Shown: positions 9,171 to 17,913, counted from the stretch's first letter. The stretch is 20,000 nucleotides of DNA from an uncultured virus (IMG/VR IMGVR_UViG_3300036944_000487) (IMGVR_UViG_3300036944_000487); one strand, 5' to 3'. Notes: generated by a model from the letters alone, not told the origin. Program-made: numbers and translations.

Positions 9171-11351
9171 CTATTTTGATTTGCGAGATTTCACATACTC
9201 TTTGACGAGATCTAGTTGCCGATCTTTCGCATTTTCTTCCCGAGTAAGGCCATGTTCCAGGAGTTTCAGTTGAGCCTGGCTTCGAGCCTGCTCACCATGC
9301 AGTTCCTTGTTGCGTTCCTGGGTAACACCCGACTCTTGCTCCACAAAATCAAGGTTTTTCTTGTCGGTATCCGACTGGAGATTCCCAGCCTTGGCACCTT
9401 CGGTCCCCACTTTGGCTCCAGCGAGCTGTGCGCTCGCTTGGTAGCTCATGGCCTTGGCTTGAATCTCCATGATTTCCGCCTCGAGCTTGGCAATCTGGAG
9501 TTCCTGAATCCGCTGCTGCATGGGATCAGGCTGCGGCTCGTAGTTTTCGATCTTCTTGGCCATATCTGGCATCTTTCGGAGACGTGCGATGTCACCCAGG
9601 ATCATCTTGTTCAGGCCCTGGTCACCGTTGGGTGCCGTGGTCTGGTACATGAAGGCCAGTTGCTCGGCCTTGTTGTTGTCTTCCTCAGCCGTGGAGATCG
9701 AGAGCTCCAGATCGAACTGACCAGCCAGATCATCCCGGCGCACCTTGATGAATTCGGTGTTGGTGACCCGCACCACTTCCTCATCCGAGAGGAATTCCGA
9801 GTTCATCGAGATCATCTTGCGACCGATCTTGACGATGCCGTTGCTCAGTCGACGCAGGATGCCCAGCTCACGCTTGGAAGCAGCGTCCAGAGCACCACGA
9901 ACACCTGCTGCCACGTCACCCAGGGTTGCCCCGGAGACACCTTGGCTCCATGACTTCACACCCGTAAGCGATTCCGCCTCGAAGTTCTGCAGCTGCAGCA
10001 TGAACTGGGCTGAATTCGGGATTTCCGGGTAGGTGTGCATGAAGATGCCCTGCCTCGGATCGACGTTGGCGTTGAACTCGTAGTCCTGCCCCTTGTCGAA
10101 CTTCCTCCGGTTGGTCACATCGAGCATGTCCCGGCGAATACCGGTCTGGCCGTTGGCCGACTTGCCCATGATGTCGATCATTCCTCGGGTCACAGCCCCG
10201 ATCACCCGCTGGTTGTCCTCCAGCAGAGCACCATCTGGCTCTCCGTGGATGGCTCGACGCACCGGCAGGTACTGTTCGACCACGAACGGCACCTTTTTGT
10301 CCGGAAACGGGGTCTCTTCCATGCGGATCAGCGTGTCACCGACCCAGGCTGCGACGAAAGACTTGACCTTCCCGGTCCCTTCGATGTCCCACTGACCCCA
10401 GTACTGGTGCACAACGAACTTCTTTCGCGGCTCATCCGTGAAATTGAAGTTGTGTTCGCCCCCATCAGGAGCGTGATCCGGCTGACTCAGCACCGAGTTG
10501 TTGCTGATCTGGATCTTGTCGAGGTTCTTGTACCGTTTGTCCTTGCGAAGGACCGACAGAGAAGTCTCGAACGACTCGATGGCGAAGCCACACTTGTCGA
10601 TATTCCCCATGCAGGTGGGATCAAACCGCACATTCCGGTAGTCACACACCTCCAGAGTGGGCCGGTTGAGCACCGTACGCATCCGAGTCTCGGTTTTCTG
10701 CCCAATGATCCGTGGCTCGACGGGAACGCCCCGCTCAACACTCAGATCGTGGGCTTCCTTGAGCTCTTCCGGCACATCCGTGGCGTACTGGCTCGGGGAT
10801 TCTTCCTTCATCTGGGCTAGTTGCTCATGCAACGGAGCCAGTTCAGGGTTCACGACGAACTGAACGTGCGGACCAACCCACTCGTACTCCTCTTCTTCGA
10901 ACTCCCAGCCCACCTTGACGATCACCGTGCCTTCATCGACGGCTGCACGGACGTACTCGTCGATGAATCTCACCTTGTCGATCGACGAATTGAACTGGTG
11001 GTTCAGCAGTAGCTGGTTCTGTTGAGCCGATTCCCGGTCTTCCCAGGTCTTCGGCTTGACCTTGAAGATGTCGGGCGTACTGAGGAAGGGTTCACTCAGT
11101 GCTGCATACCGCCATTCGGCCTGCTTCCGAATCAACTTCGGGACGATCGATGAGTTGCCTGCCTGGGTTTGGATCTTGGCCGCACCCGTCACATTCAGGT
11201 TGTCCAGCCAGGTGTTGATCTGGGATACCTGGGCATCGTGGATCGGCTTGGCATCCTGCATGTCCTGCTTCAGCGCCAGCAGCGACGGAGGATTCGCCCA
11301 GTTGGTGAGCTTCTTAGGCCCCAGATCAGTACTCTGCTCTTGCTCGCTCAT
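9171..11351 (-). CDS. Portal protein (N4 gp59-like), 726 aa
   Basis: KLTNWANPPSLLALKQD, PKLIRKQAEWRYAALSEPFL, GEPDGALLEDNQ, EAESLTGVKS, ALDAASKRELGILRRL motifs. Start set at ATG 11351, which avoids overlap with the divergent dUTPase. Confidence 0.92.
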   Translation of the reverse strand: MSEQEQSTDLGPKKLTNWANPPSLLALKQDMQDAKPIHDAQVSQINTWLDNLNVTGAAKIQTQAGNSSIVPKLIRKQAEWRYAALSEPFLSTPDIFKVKPKTWEDRESAQQNQLLLNHQFNSSIDKVRFIDEYVRAAVDEGTVIVKVGWEFEEEEYEWVGPHVQFVVNPELAPLHEQLAQMKEESPSQYATDVPEELKEAHDLSVERGVPVEPRIIGQKTETRMRTVLNRPTLEVCDYRNVRFDPTCMGNIDKCGFAIESFETSLSVLRKDKRYKNLDKIQISNNSVLSQPDHAPDGGEHNFNFTDEPRKKFVVHQYWGQWDIEGTGKVKSFVAAWVGDTLIRMEETPFPDKKVPFVVEQYLPVRRAIHGEPDGALLEDNQRVIGAVTRGMIDIMGKSANGQTGIRRDMLDVTNRRKFDKGQDYEFNANVDPRQGIFMHTYPEIPNSAQFMLQLQNFEAESLTGVKSWSQGVSGATLGDVAAGVRGALDAASKRELGILRRLSNGIVKIGRKMISMNSEFLSDEEVVRVTNTEFIKVRRDDLAGQFDLELSISTAEEDNNKAEQLAFMYQTTAPNGDQGLNKMILGDIARLRKMPDMAKKIENYEPQPDPMQQRIQELQIAKLEAEIMEIQAKAMSYQASAQLAGAKVGTEGAKAGNLQSDTDKKNLDFVEQESGVTQERNKELHGEQARSQAQLKLLEHGLTREENAKDRQLDLVKEYVKSRKSK

Positions 11352-11409
11352 AATGATTTGAAACCCCTGTAGATACAATCTGCGAACCAACACCAGAAGT
11401 AGACCGAAT

Positions 11410-11829
11410 ATGCGAATCCAGTCTCTCAATAATGGTTTCATTATGCCAACAAAAGGTTCCAGCCAATCTGGGGCCTATGACATCTACATGCCTGAGCCAG
11501 GTATGGTGGGTAACTACGCCAAACTCATCGGCTTGGGTTTTGCAGCAGAAGTACCTGCTGGCCATGTGGCGCTTCTCCTCCCGAGAAGCAGTGCTGGAGC
11601 CAAGCATGGCCTCGAGCTCAACAACACCTGCGGCGTCATCGACTCGGATTACCGTGGCGAATGGAAAGCATCCCTTCGAACCAAGGGTGTGGACATGTTC
11701 GGGTGGAAAGCAGGAGAGCGTGTTCTCCAGTTCCTCATCGTCCCAGTGGCTCAGGTTCACCTGGAACTGGTGGATTCCGTCAGCAAGACTGAACGCGGCA
11801 CAGGGGGCTTCGGCTCATCGGGCCAATGA
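11410..11829 (+). CDS. dut: Trimeric dUTPase
   Basis: All five motifs present: GAYDI, LLPRSS, GVIDSDYRGE, GERVLQF, TERGTGGFGSSG. Confidence 0.96.
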   Translation: MRIQSLNNGFIMPTKGSSQSGAYDIYMPEPGMVGNYAKLIGLGFAAEVPAGHVALLLPRSSAGAKHGLELNNTCGVIDSDYRGEWKASLRTKGVDMFGWKAGERVLQFLIVPVAQVHLELVDSVSKTERGTGGFGSSGQ

Positions 11830-12083
11830 ACAACACCACCCTCATGTTCGACAAGGACAAGGCGAACCACATTGTCTGGGGCTACCTGGCTGCATCCTTG
11901 GCAGCAGGCTTGGTTCCTTTTGTAGGTCTGCCTCGCAACGTGGCAGCACAAGGAGCTTCCATCCTCGTGGGTACGTGCAAGGAGCTCTTCGACTGCACCT
12001 TCCGAGGCAAGAAGTTCGACCCGCTTGACCTCTTCGTCACAGCCCTGGCAGGTACTCCGGTTGCCTTGCTGGTTTCTATCTAG
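11826..12083 (+). CDS. Small membrane protein, VanZ/YfiM-like pattern
   Basis: 85 aa; ATGA-coupled to dUTPase; DKxxH...KExxD...DxxD pattern (DKANH, KELFD, DPLD) between hydrophobic helices. Confidence 0.7.
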   Translation: MNNTTLMFDKDKANHIVWGYLAASLAAGLVPFVGLPRNVAAQGASILVGTCKELFDCTFRGKKFDPLDLFVTALAGTPVALLVSI

Positions 12084-12091
12084 GACTGCGC

Positions 12092-13315
12092 ATGAGCATC
12101 ACCATCGTCACGGAAGACCCAGCAGGGTCTCCCATCGTAGAGGTCGAAGGTACTGTGACCCCCGTCCAAGGGGTCACAGCAGCAACTCAAGTGATCGACC
12201 GTGTCCCGATTCTGGTCAGTGATGCGGGCACCTCTGAAGCAACGGTCGTACAGAGTGGGGTGGTTTTCCAGGATTCTCGCGACTACATCTCCCGAGGCTA
12301 CCGTGACACGGTGCTGGTGCACGGTGTCGAAGTGACGATTTCCCCTGCACGTACCTCCCACCATGACATGCTGCGGGCATGGCCTTCCATGGTCGACCCT
12401 CTCACAGCATCCGCCAACTTCGCTGTGCTCAACGTCGCCCAACCACTCGTGGCCATCCCAGGAGCCTCAGCTGCACCCTATTGGACCGATCCAGGGCCAC
12501 TGGTCTACAACACGGCAGGTACGGGAGCAGGGTTCATACCTGCAAGCATCCCAGGTCAAATCGACTTTGTGACCCACGTAGACGGGGACAAGTGCATCAG
12601 GTTCACAGCACCGGCTGGCTACGGTAACGGGGAAGCAGGCAAGCGACGAATCCAGCTGAACAGCTACCAGATCACCACCCGGATTCCCGTCGCCTGGGAT
12701 CTGTCGTTTCTCATCCCTGACGAAGACGACGCCCCCTATGACGTGGCGACTGGTTACGACTACCCGGTTCTGATCTGGCAGCTCAAAGACGCAACAAGCC
12801 AACCGGTCTGGAGTGTTGGGTACGAGACCACTGCAGATCCCAACGTCTTCGACCTCTACGTCAACTTCCTCTATTCCGACTACGACCTGGATCCCAGCAC
12901 CTATCGCAGGCAATACAACGCTGTTGCGGGTACCGTAGGCGACAGTGCGTCAGCCCTCCGTGTGGCACTGACCCAGATCAACCGAAACGAGTGGCAAGAT
13001 CTCCGGATCGAGATGTTTCTCGACGAAAGGGATCACACCGATGCAGCTGGAGGTCAGGGATACGCCTCGATGAGCCTCAATGGACGCAATATCCTTGAAT
13101 GGTCCGGACCCACGTACACCAAGCTGAACATCAGCGGTGCTACGCCCGTAGCCCACCGGTGGTCGATGGGCCTGTACCGGTTTGAGTACTCAGTAGGAAC
13201 AAGTCCACAAGGCGTACCCACTCCCTTGAAAGAACTGGACCTCAACCGCGCAGTGAGTCCTGCCCCCTACACCCGGCAGATGTACTGCCGTCGAGCCAGG
13301 CTTCTCAAGCTGTAG
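12092..13315 (+). CDS. Protein with C-terminal polysaccharide-lyase-like beta-jelly-roll domain (heparin lyase I/PL7-like pattern)
   Basis: 407 aa; AGGA SD. Ordered motif series RRIQL, WDLSFLIP, VLIWQLK, NEWQDLRIE, GYASMSLNG...WSGPT, MGLYR, RQMY resembles this fold. Assigned by pattern recognition only. Confidence 0.6.
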   Translation: MSITIVTEDPAGSPIVEVEGTVTPVQGVTAATQVIDRVPILVSDAGTSEATVVQSGVVFQDSRDYISRGYRDTVLVHGVEVTISPARTSHHDMLRAWPSMVDPLTASANFAVLNVAQPLVAIPGASAAPYWTDPGPLVYNTAGTGAGFIPASIPGQIDFVTHVDGDKCIRFTAPAGYGNGEAGKRRIQLNSYQITTRIPVAWDLSFLIPDEDDAPYDVATGYDYPVLIWQLKDATSQPVWSVGYETTADPNVFDLYVNFLYSDYDLDPSTYRRQYNAVAGTVGDSASALRVALTQINRNEWQDLRIEMFLDERDHTDAAGGQGYASMSLNGRNILEWSGPTYTKLNISGATPVAHRWSMGLYRFEYSVGTSPQGVPTPLKELDLNRAVSPAPYTRQMYCRRARLLKL

Positions 13316-13334
13316 CCTGTTGCCATAAATTGAG

Positions 13335-13359
13335 AAGGCCCCTTTCGGGGCCTTTTTTT
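13335..13359 (+). terminator. Rho-independent terminator between convergent genes
   Basis: AAGGCCCC-TTTC-GGGGCCTT followed by a T run; abuts the stop codon of the gp67-like gene and may also act weakly on the minus strand. Confidence 0.88.
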
Positions 13360-14029
13360 ATACCCAACCACCTCGTCCCAGGCGGCTGTTCTGACCACCT
13401 TGATCCACCTGAACTCCCTGCCGTTCCAGCTCCTGGCAAGCTGCTTCGTACTTCGCGTAGTAGCTGTTGCCTGCATGGAATTCGTTGTTCATTCCAACCG
13501 GGTTGTGCACCCGACTGGCCACGAAGTACAGCAAGGGAACCATGTGCGTGTACGGCAGCTCGAGCTCCAGCGTCTCAGGTGAAAGGATCCCGGCCATCAC
13601 CTTCAGTCGAGGATGGTTGGCTCGGTAGACCACCGTCAGGTTGGTCGTCTTCAGATCATCCGGTAGATCTGCGCCCTGCTCCACCACTGCCTTCGGCACC
13701 TTCAGCACATTCAGGCTGGGCGTGAAGCAGCTGTACTCGTTCCCATCCTGGTTTAGATAGAGCTCGGCTTCGTCGTCCGTCAAGACCTTGGTAATCTTGA
13801 TCAGGTCTTCCAGGTTCAGCTGGTAGGTGTCGGATTCCGCTTGCAACGCAAACGTCAAGCTCCGCTCCTTCAACGTGAAGCGTGTGAATAGTGCCGTCAG
13901 GCCCAGGTTCACATGCCCGAGGATCCGGCTGTAGTTGCTGGGGTCGATGACGCCCATGTCAGCACCACCAACGCTCAGCTGGGAGAACTCGCTTCCACTC
14001 AGCTGGTCAAACACTTCTTGCAGGTACAT
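13358..14029 (-). CDS. Virion structural protein/head-tail adaptor (N4 gp67-like)
   Basis: 223 aa; LSGSEFSQLS, VNLGLTALFTRFTLKE, VVYRANHP, ELPYTHMVPLLYFVASR, terminal GGWV; directly downstream of TerL; GAGGAG SD. Confidence 0.82.
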   Translation of the reverse strand: MYLQEVFDQLSGSEFSQLSVGGADMGVIDPSNYSRILGHVNLGLTALFTRFTLKERSLTFALQAESDTYQLNLEDLIKITKVLTDDEAELYLNQDGNEYSCFTPSLNVLKVPKAVVEQGADLPDDLKTTNLTVVYRANHPRLKVMAGILSPETLELELPYTHMVPLLYFVASRVHNPVGMNNEFHAGNSYYAKYEAACQELERQGVQVDQGGQNSRLGRGGWV

Positions 14030-14038
14030 GCTTTCTCC

Positions 14039-15661
14039 TCAAACGATGTAGGAAGCCATGCGATCCAGAGTGTCCTCATGAACATCCAGATCCCACATGC
14101 TTTGATTGCGGCCAGAGCCATCTTTCGACTGAACCATCGGTGCTTCTTCAGACGGCTTCCACGGACGCAGCGAGCCCAGCATCGACACGGTATCCACTGC
14201 GTCGTCGTTCTTGCTCTTGAACCCGCCCATCGATGCCAGGCTCAGCTCGTTGATCATCTCGACCATCGGAGCTTCGTTCTTCTTCTCGATGGGGAAGAAC
14301 ACCTTGCGAGCCTTGAACAACGGAACCACGGTGTTGAAGCGGACCATCTTGTTGGTGTTGGGTCGCAGACCAATCTCCTTGCTGTCCTCTTCCGAAGCCA
14401 GTGAGAAGTACTGGTTGCGCTCGAGCATCTGGGACTGGATCCAGGAGATGAACCCCTTCTGCTGCCCAGAGATCTCGATCCCCACGGACTGGGGCTTGTA
14501 GAGCTGCGACAGCCTGAACACGTCATCGACGTTCTTGTCCATGAGCTGACGCTTGCACACTCCATCCACCCAGAGCCAGTCACCTACGTTGTTGTAGGCC
14601 CAGACACTGATGAACGAGTAGTCAGCCCGCTGCTTCTCGCTCGTAGCGAAGTCAGTGGTGATGTAGAAGTTGAAGCGGCTCTTGTTCCGCAGCACTGCAT
14701 CGATCTTGTACCAACCGATCTCACTGTCCTGGATCAACCGTTCCTCATCGGACATGATCCGCAGCATCAGCTCCTGGTTGAAGGTCTCTACCTTCCCCAG
14801 CTTCACTGCTGTGTCGTACTGTTCCTTGACGTAGTGGTACGTGAATCGATCGGGCCATGAGCCCCTGAACTCAGCTTCCTCACACGGGAACACCTCGCAC
14901 ACCGGGAAGACGTTCACCACCCAGGCACCCGACTCCACGGCCTTGTACAAAGGATCCTTGGAGTTGAAGGGAGTGCCCGACCAGATGATCATGTTCTTGG
15001 TCGGGTGCAGTGCGTAGTTCACTGCCTTGTAGACCGTGTCCTCCACCGCAGAGATCACAGTCGTCGATCGTGCATCCTCGTCGCTGATCAAGTCGTCGAG
15101 CACAGCGATCTGAGGACGCTTGCCCATCTCCTTGGCTCCACGAACCCCGGTCTTCGCGCCATAGCCCTTGACGATGAAAATCTTCCCGTCAGCGTTCTTG
15201 AACTCCCAGCGGATGTCGGTGAACCGAATCTCGGGCACGTACTCCTTCAGGAACTCGGAGTTCTCCCAACGGAACTCCAGGTTCTTCCGCATATTCTTGA
15301 CACCGTTCTCGATGCTGTCTGACACATACAGCGCCAAATCTATGCGACCGAACCCAGGGATCTCTCCATAGGTGGCGATGTACAGGAACAGGTACTCACC
15401 CATCACCGTGGTCTTGGCGATGCCCCGGTGACAGAGGTTGATGACTCGCTTCCCACCATGGGTCAGCGTGTCGAGCATCCGGTAGTGCACCAGAGGAGTC
15501 TTGTGCTCCTCACCTTGCACACCGTTCACCAGCTTGATGAAGGTGACGAACTCAAGAGCAAACGTACTGGGGACGTACGTCAGGTCCGCCCCGTAGTCGG
15601 TCTTGTTGAGGTAGTCCTCGACCTTCCAGGGAGCCAGTGCTTCCGCTACGGGATCACTCAC
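14039..15661 (-). CDS. terL: Terminase large subunit (N4 gp68-like)
   Basis: Walker A-like LCHRGIAKTT, Walker B IAVLDD, GTPFN coupling region, nuclease acidic motifs ITTDFA and KNDDAVD. Start is probably GTG 15661 (GTGA overlap with the upstream stop); 15679 is the alternative. Confidence 0.95.
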   Translation of the reverse strand: MSDPVAEALAPWKVEDYLNKTDYGADLTYVPSTFALEFVTFIKLVNGVQGEEHKTPLVHYRMLDTLTHGGKRVINLCHRGIAKTTVMGEYLFLYIATYGEIPGFGRIDLALYVSDSIENGVKNMRKNLEFRWENSEFLKEYVPEIRFTDIRWEFKNADGKIFIVKGYGAKTGVRGAKEMGKRPQIAVLDDLISDEDARSTTVISAVEDTVYKAVNYALHPTKNMIIWSGTPFNSKDPLYKAVESGAWVVNVFPVCEVFPCEEAEFRGSWPDRFTYHYVKEQYDTAVKLGKVETFNQELMLRIMSDEERLIQDSEIGWYKIDAVLRNKSRFNFYITTDFATSEKQRADYSFISVWAYNNVGDWLWVDGVCKRQLMDKNVDDVFRLSQLYKPQSVGIEISGQQKGFISWIQSQMLERNQYFSLASEEDSKEIGLRPNTNKMVRFNTVVPLFKARKVFFPIEKKNEAPMVEMINELSLASMGGFKSKNDDAVDTVSMLGSLRPWKPSEEAPMVQSKDGSGRNQSMWDLDVHEDTLDRMASYIV

Positions 15662-16440
15662 GCGACACGACCCTTCCACGAGGAGAAGGCCTCGAAGTTC
15701 GGGCGTCGGTTCTCCATCGGCTGAGTTCTGAAGGTCGGAACCGCAGCCATCGCTGGGCTGGTACCAAAGACCAGGTCTTCCGGAGCCACTGGCTTCCTGG
15801 CTTGAGGCATGCCCTTGAGGAACGCCCCCCAGGGATCCTGCCCAGGCTCAACCATCGCAGGGGCTTGCCTTGTCAGTGCAGCCATCACCTCAGGGGGAAG
15901 AGGCACAGGACCGGGCTCACTGGGAACCTGGTTCTCTGCCAGCACCGTGGGTGCACCAGCTGCAGGTAGAGGGGCGGTCGCTGCAAGTGCCGCCCCCGGC
16001 ACTTGCCCGCCGCCGCTTGGAGCACCACCCATTCGAGCCACCACCTCACGGCCATACCTCAGGGTGTCAGGTGCGTTCGGGTTCTTCGGGTCACTGACCG
16101 CCACTCCACGCCTGGCCTTCTCCAAACCACCAGGCCCACCGTAGTAGCCAGCAGCCGTCAGCTCAGGCACACCACCGCTCTGCTTGTCCAGCTTCTTCAG
16201 ATACCGGATACCAGCTCGGGCGTTCTGCACCGGGTCATCGATCGACCAGTCCTTGTCAGCCACCTCCTTGAAGGTACCGGCCAGGATCTGCATCCCACCT
16301 ACAGCACCTCGGTTGGAAGTCTGGGTATTCCGGCCCCCACCACTTTCCTGCTGGTAGATGCTGCGAGCCAGATCAGCCAGCTGACCAGTCACCCCTTCTG
16401 CAGTCAGAGCGGATTCAAATGGATTGGGTTTTGTCGACAT
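15658..16440 (-). CDS. Lytic transglycosylase (SLT/lysozyme-like domain) with Pro/Ala/Gly-rich C-terminal tail
   Basis: Catalytic QQESGG, GAVGGMQI, NARAGIRYL and AAGYYGGPG motifs. ATG 16440 has a GAGGGG SD; an in-frame GTG at 16524 would add 28 residues. Confidence 0.85.
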   Translation of the reverse strand: MSTKPNPFESALTAEGVTGQLADLARSIYQQESGGGRNTQTSNRGAVGGMQILAGTFKEVADKDWSIDDPVQNARAGIRYLKKLDKQSGGVPELTAAGYYGGPGGLEKARRGVAVSDPKNPNAPDTLRYGREVVARMGGAPSGGGQVPGAALAATAPLPAAGAPTVLAENQVPSEPGPVPLPPEVMAALTRQAPAMVEPGQDPWGAFLKGMPQARKPVAPEDLVFGTSPAMAAVPTFRTQPMENRRPNFEAFSSWKGRVA

Positions 16441-16520
16441 ACTCGGCCCCTCAAACGGAGTATGTAGTTTACTCGCCCAGATAATCAGAATACTCAGCAA
16501 TATCAACCGAACCAACCGAA

Positions 16521-17315
16521 TCACGGTATCACCCGAGATTCCACATCCACCACCTCAGCCATCATCACCTTGGAGTGAGCCACCTCCTGGGCCGTGGTCA
16601 TCCCTGACTCCATGGCCAGCCTCTGAGCTCGAGCCAGCTCCATCGTCGCCATCCTCAAGGCAGAGATCGAGGAATCTTCCTTGACGTTGATGTCGAGCTC
16701 TACCTTCGTCTTCTCAGGCATCTTCAGGTGAGTGAGCAGGGAGTTGGCTGCATCGGTCCTCACCTTCTCGCTATGCGCATTCACCATCAGCTCAGCCTGG
16801 ACATTCAAAGCCTTCTGGTACAGATCCTGGTTCAACACATAGCTCGGGATGAGCGTCTGTTCGAAGATCAGGTTCACCAGCTTTGACTTGTTGTAGGCAG
16901 TGACATACGAGGCTATGTCCTTCGCCAGCACACCCTGAGCCACGAACCGCGTGTACTTGTCAGGGAATGTCTTGGTGTAGGCCTCGATATTCGTGGCCCC
17001 CATCAGCTTGTGAGAAACATACCTCACAGCGTTGATGTACTCCTGTACCTTGAACCGCCCATCCGACATCACTCGGGTGTAGCTCAGCAGGTTATCCCTG
17101 TACGCCTCGAACTCCTCTGGATCAGAGAGGGTTGCGTTCACCTTGTCGATCAGCTCTTGATTCACCGACTTCTTCACCTTGTCGGGCAGAGCTTGCTGGA
17201 ACAGAGCCAGTGACAGCGGAGCTACCCCGGTTGAGGAGGGTGAGATCACAGGCAGGGATGCCGTACTCCCAGCAGGTACAGCGACGGAAGGGACAGCCGG
17301 AGTGATTGGAGTCAT
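16521..17315 (-). CDS. N4 gp69-like protein (candidate terminase small subunit)
   Basis: YRDNLLSYTRVMSDGRFKVQEYINAVRYVSHKLMG...AYTKTFPDKY and SEKVRTDAANSLLTHLK motifs; first gene of the late module. The start is uncertain because the N-terminus is low-complexity. Confidence 0.8.
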   Translation of the reverse strand: MTPITPAVPSVAVPAGSTASLPVISPSSTGVAPLSLALFQQALPDKVKKSVNQELIDKVNATLSDPEEFEAYRDNLLSYTRVMSDGRFKVQEYINAVRYVSHKLMGATNIEAYTKTFPDKYTRFVAQGVLAKDIASYVTAYNKSKLVNLIFEQTLIPSYVLNQDLYQKALNVQAELMVNAHSEKVRTDAANSLLTHLKMPEKTKVELDINVKEDSSISALRMATMELARAQRLAMESGMTTAQEVAHSKVMMAEVVDVESRVIP

Positions 17316-17529
17316 TCATATCCACCAGATAGTTAAGGTATCGGGTGAGTATGGTAACCCTTCTCAGGAATAGAGGAATTTCTGAAAATTCTATGGGAAA
17401 GGGTTATGGGAATTTTCGTAGAGGAGGATGGGTGTAGTACTTACAGTGCCTGCGGCCAACAGCCAAAACACCCCCCCCCCACCTTCACTTCATGGAATTT
17501 CACCATGACCCACCCCCACTCAACCAATA

Positions 17530-17550
17530 CGGCTCCGCCGATGGTGTGGC
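17530..17550 (+). promoter_or_regulatory. vRNAP-type hairpin promoter P1
   Basis: CGGC-TCC-GCCG followed by ATGGTGTGGC; upstream of the ORF at 17586. Confidence 0.8.
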
Positions 17551-17585
17551 AATTTCGCCTTACTACCCTGATCAGGAGTATCACC

Positions 17586-17783
17586 ATGTCCCAGTTCGCA
17601 GCAGCGTTCACGCAGTTCTTCGCAGCCCTCACTGTTCTCTTCTCTGCCTTCAGCAAGGGAGCACAGACCATCGACAACCTCGTATCGGTAGCCGAATCGG
17701 TATCCGAGACCTACAAGGACCAGGCCATCCACGATCAACTCGTCGCAGCCAACAAGCGCAAGCAAGAGCTGCTCACCCAGTAA
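17586..17783 (+). CDS. Early hypothetical protein (65 aa)
   Basis: AGGAG SD then ATG 17586 (MSQFAAAFTQFF...); lies between promoter P1 and a terminator-like hairpin. Confidence 0.8.
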   Translation: MSQFAAAFTQFFAALTVLFSAFSKGAQTIDNLVSVAESVSETYKDQAIHDQLVAANKRKQELLTQ

Positions 17784-17795
17784 TACCAATACCAC

Positions 17796-17822
17796 GCCTA
17801 CCCTTCGGGGTAGGCTTAATTC
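17796..17822 (+). terminator. Terminator-like hairpin
   Basis: GCCTACCC-TTCG-GGGTAGGC followed by TTAATT; 12 nt after the stop codon; weak U tract. Confidence 0.7.
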
Positions 17823-17823
17823 C

Positions 17824-17845
17824 TACACATACACATACACACACC
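17824..17845. repeat. Short TACACA x3 / CA-rich tandem repeat
   Basis: TACACATACACATACACACACC read directly from the sequence. Confidence 0.7.
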
Positions 17846-17913
17846 GAGATAGTCAGTGGAGTAGACAGAGTAGCTCTACTCATGTCCTCCTGAGTATCTG
17901 TACTCCATCATCT

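Noticed and set aside
272..11376. GTATCT on the minus strand upstream of the vRNAP-like, gp58-like and portal starts as a late-promoter motif
   Set aside because: Only a 6-mer at inconsistent distances from the starts; not distinguishable from chance by eye.
11358..11379. TTGAAA...TACAAT as a sigma70 promoter for dUTPase
   Set aside because: The spacer is only 10 bp, far from the required 16-18.
11352..11441. N-terminal extension of portal in the ORF track
   Set aside because: It overlaps the divergent dUTPase start; the conserved portal sequence begins just after ATG 11351.
11826..12083. 85-aa membrane protein as a holin
   Set aside because: The DKxxH/KExxD/DxxD pattern fits VanZ/YfiM-like proteins better, it is on the non-late strand, and no endolysin is adjacent.
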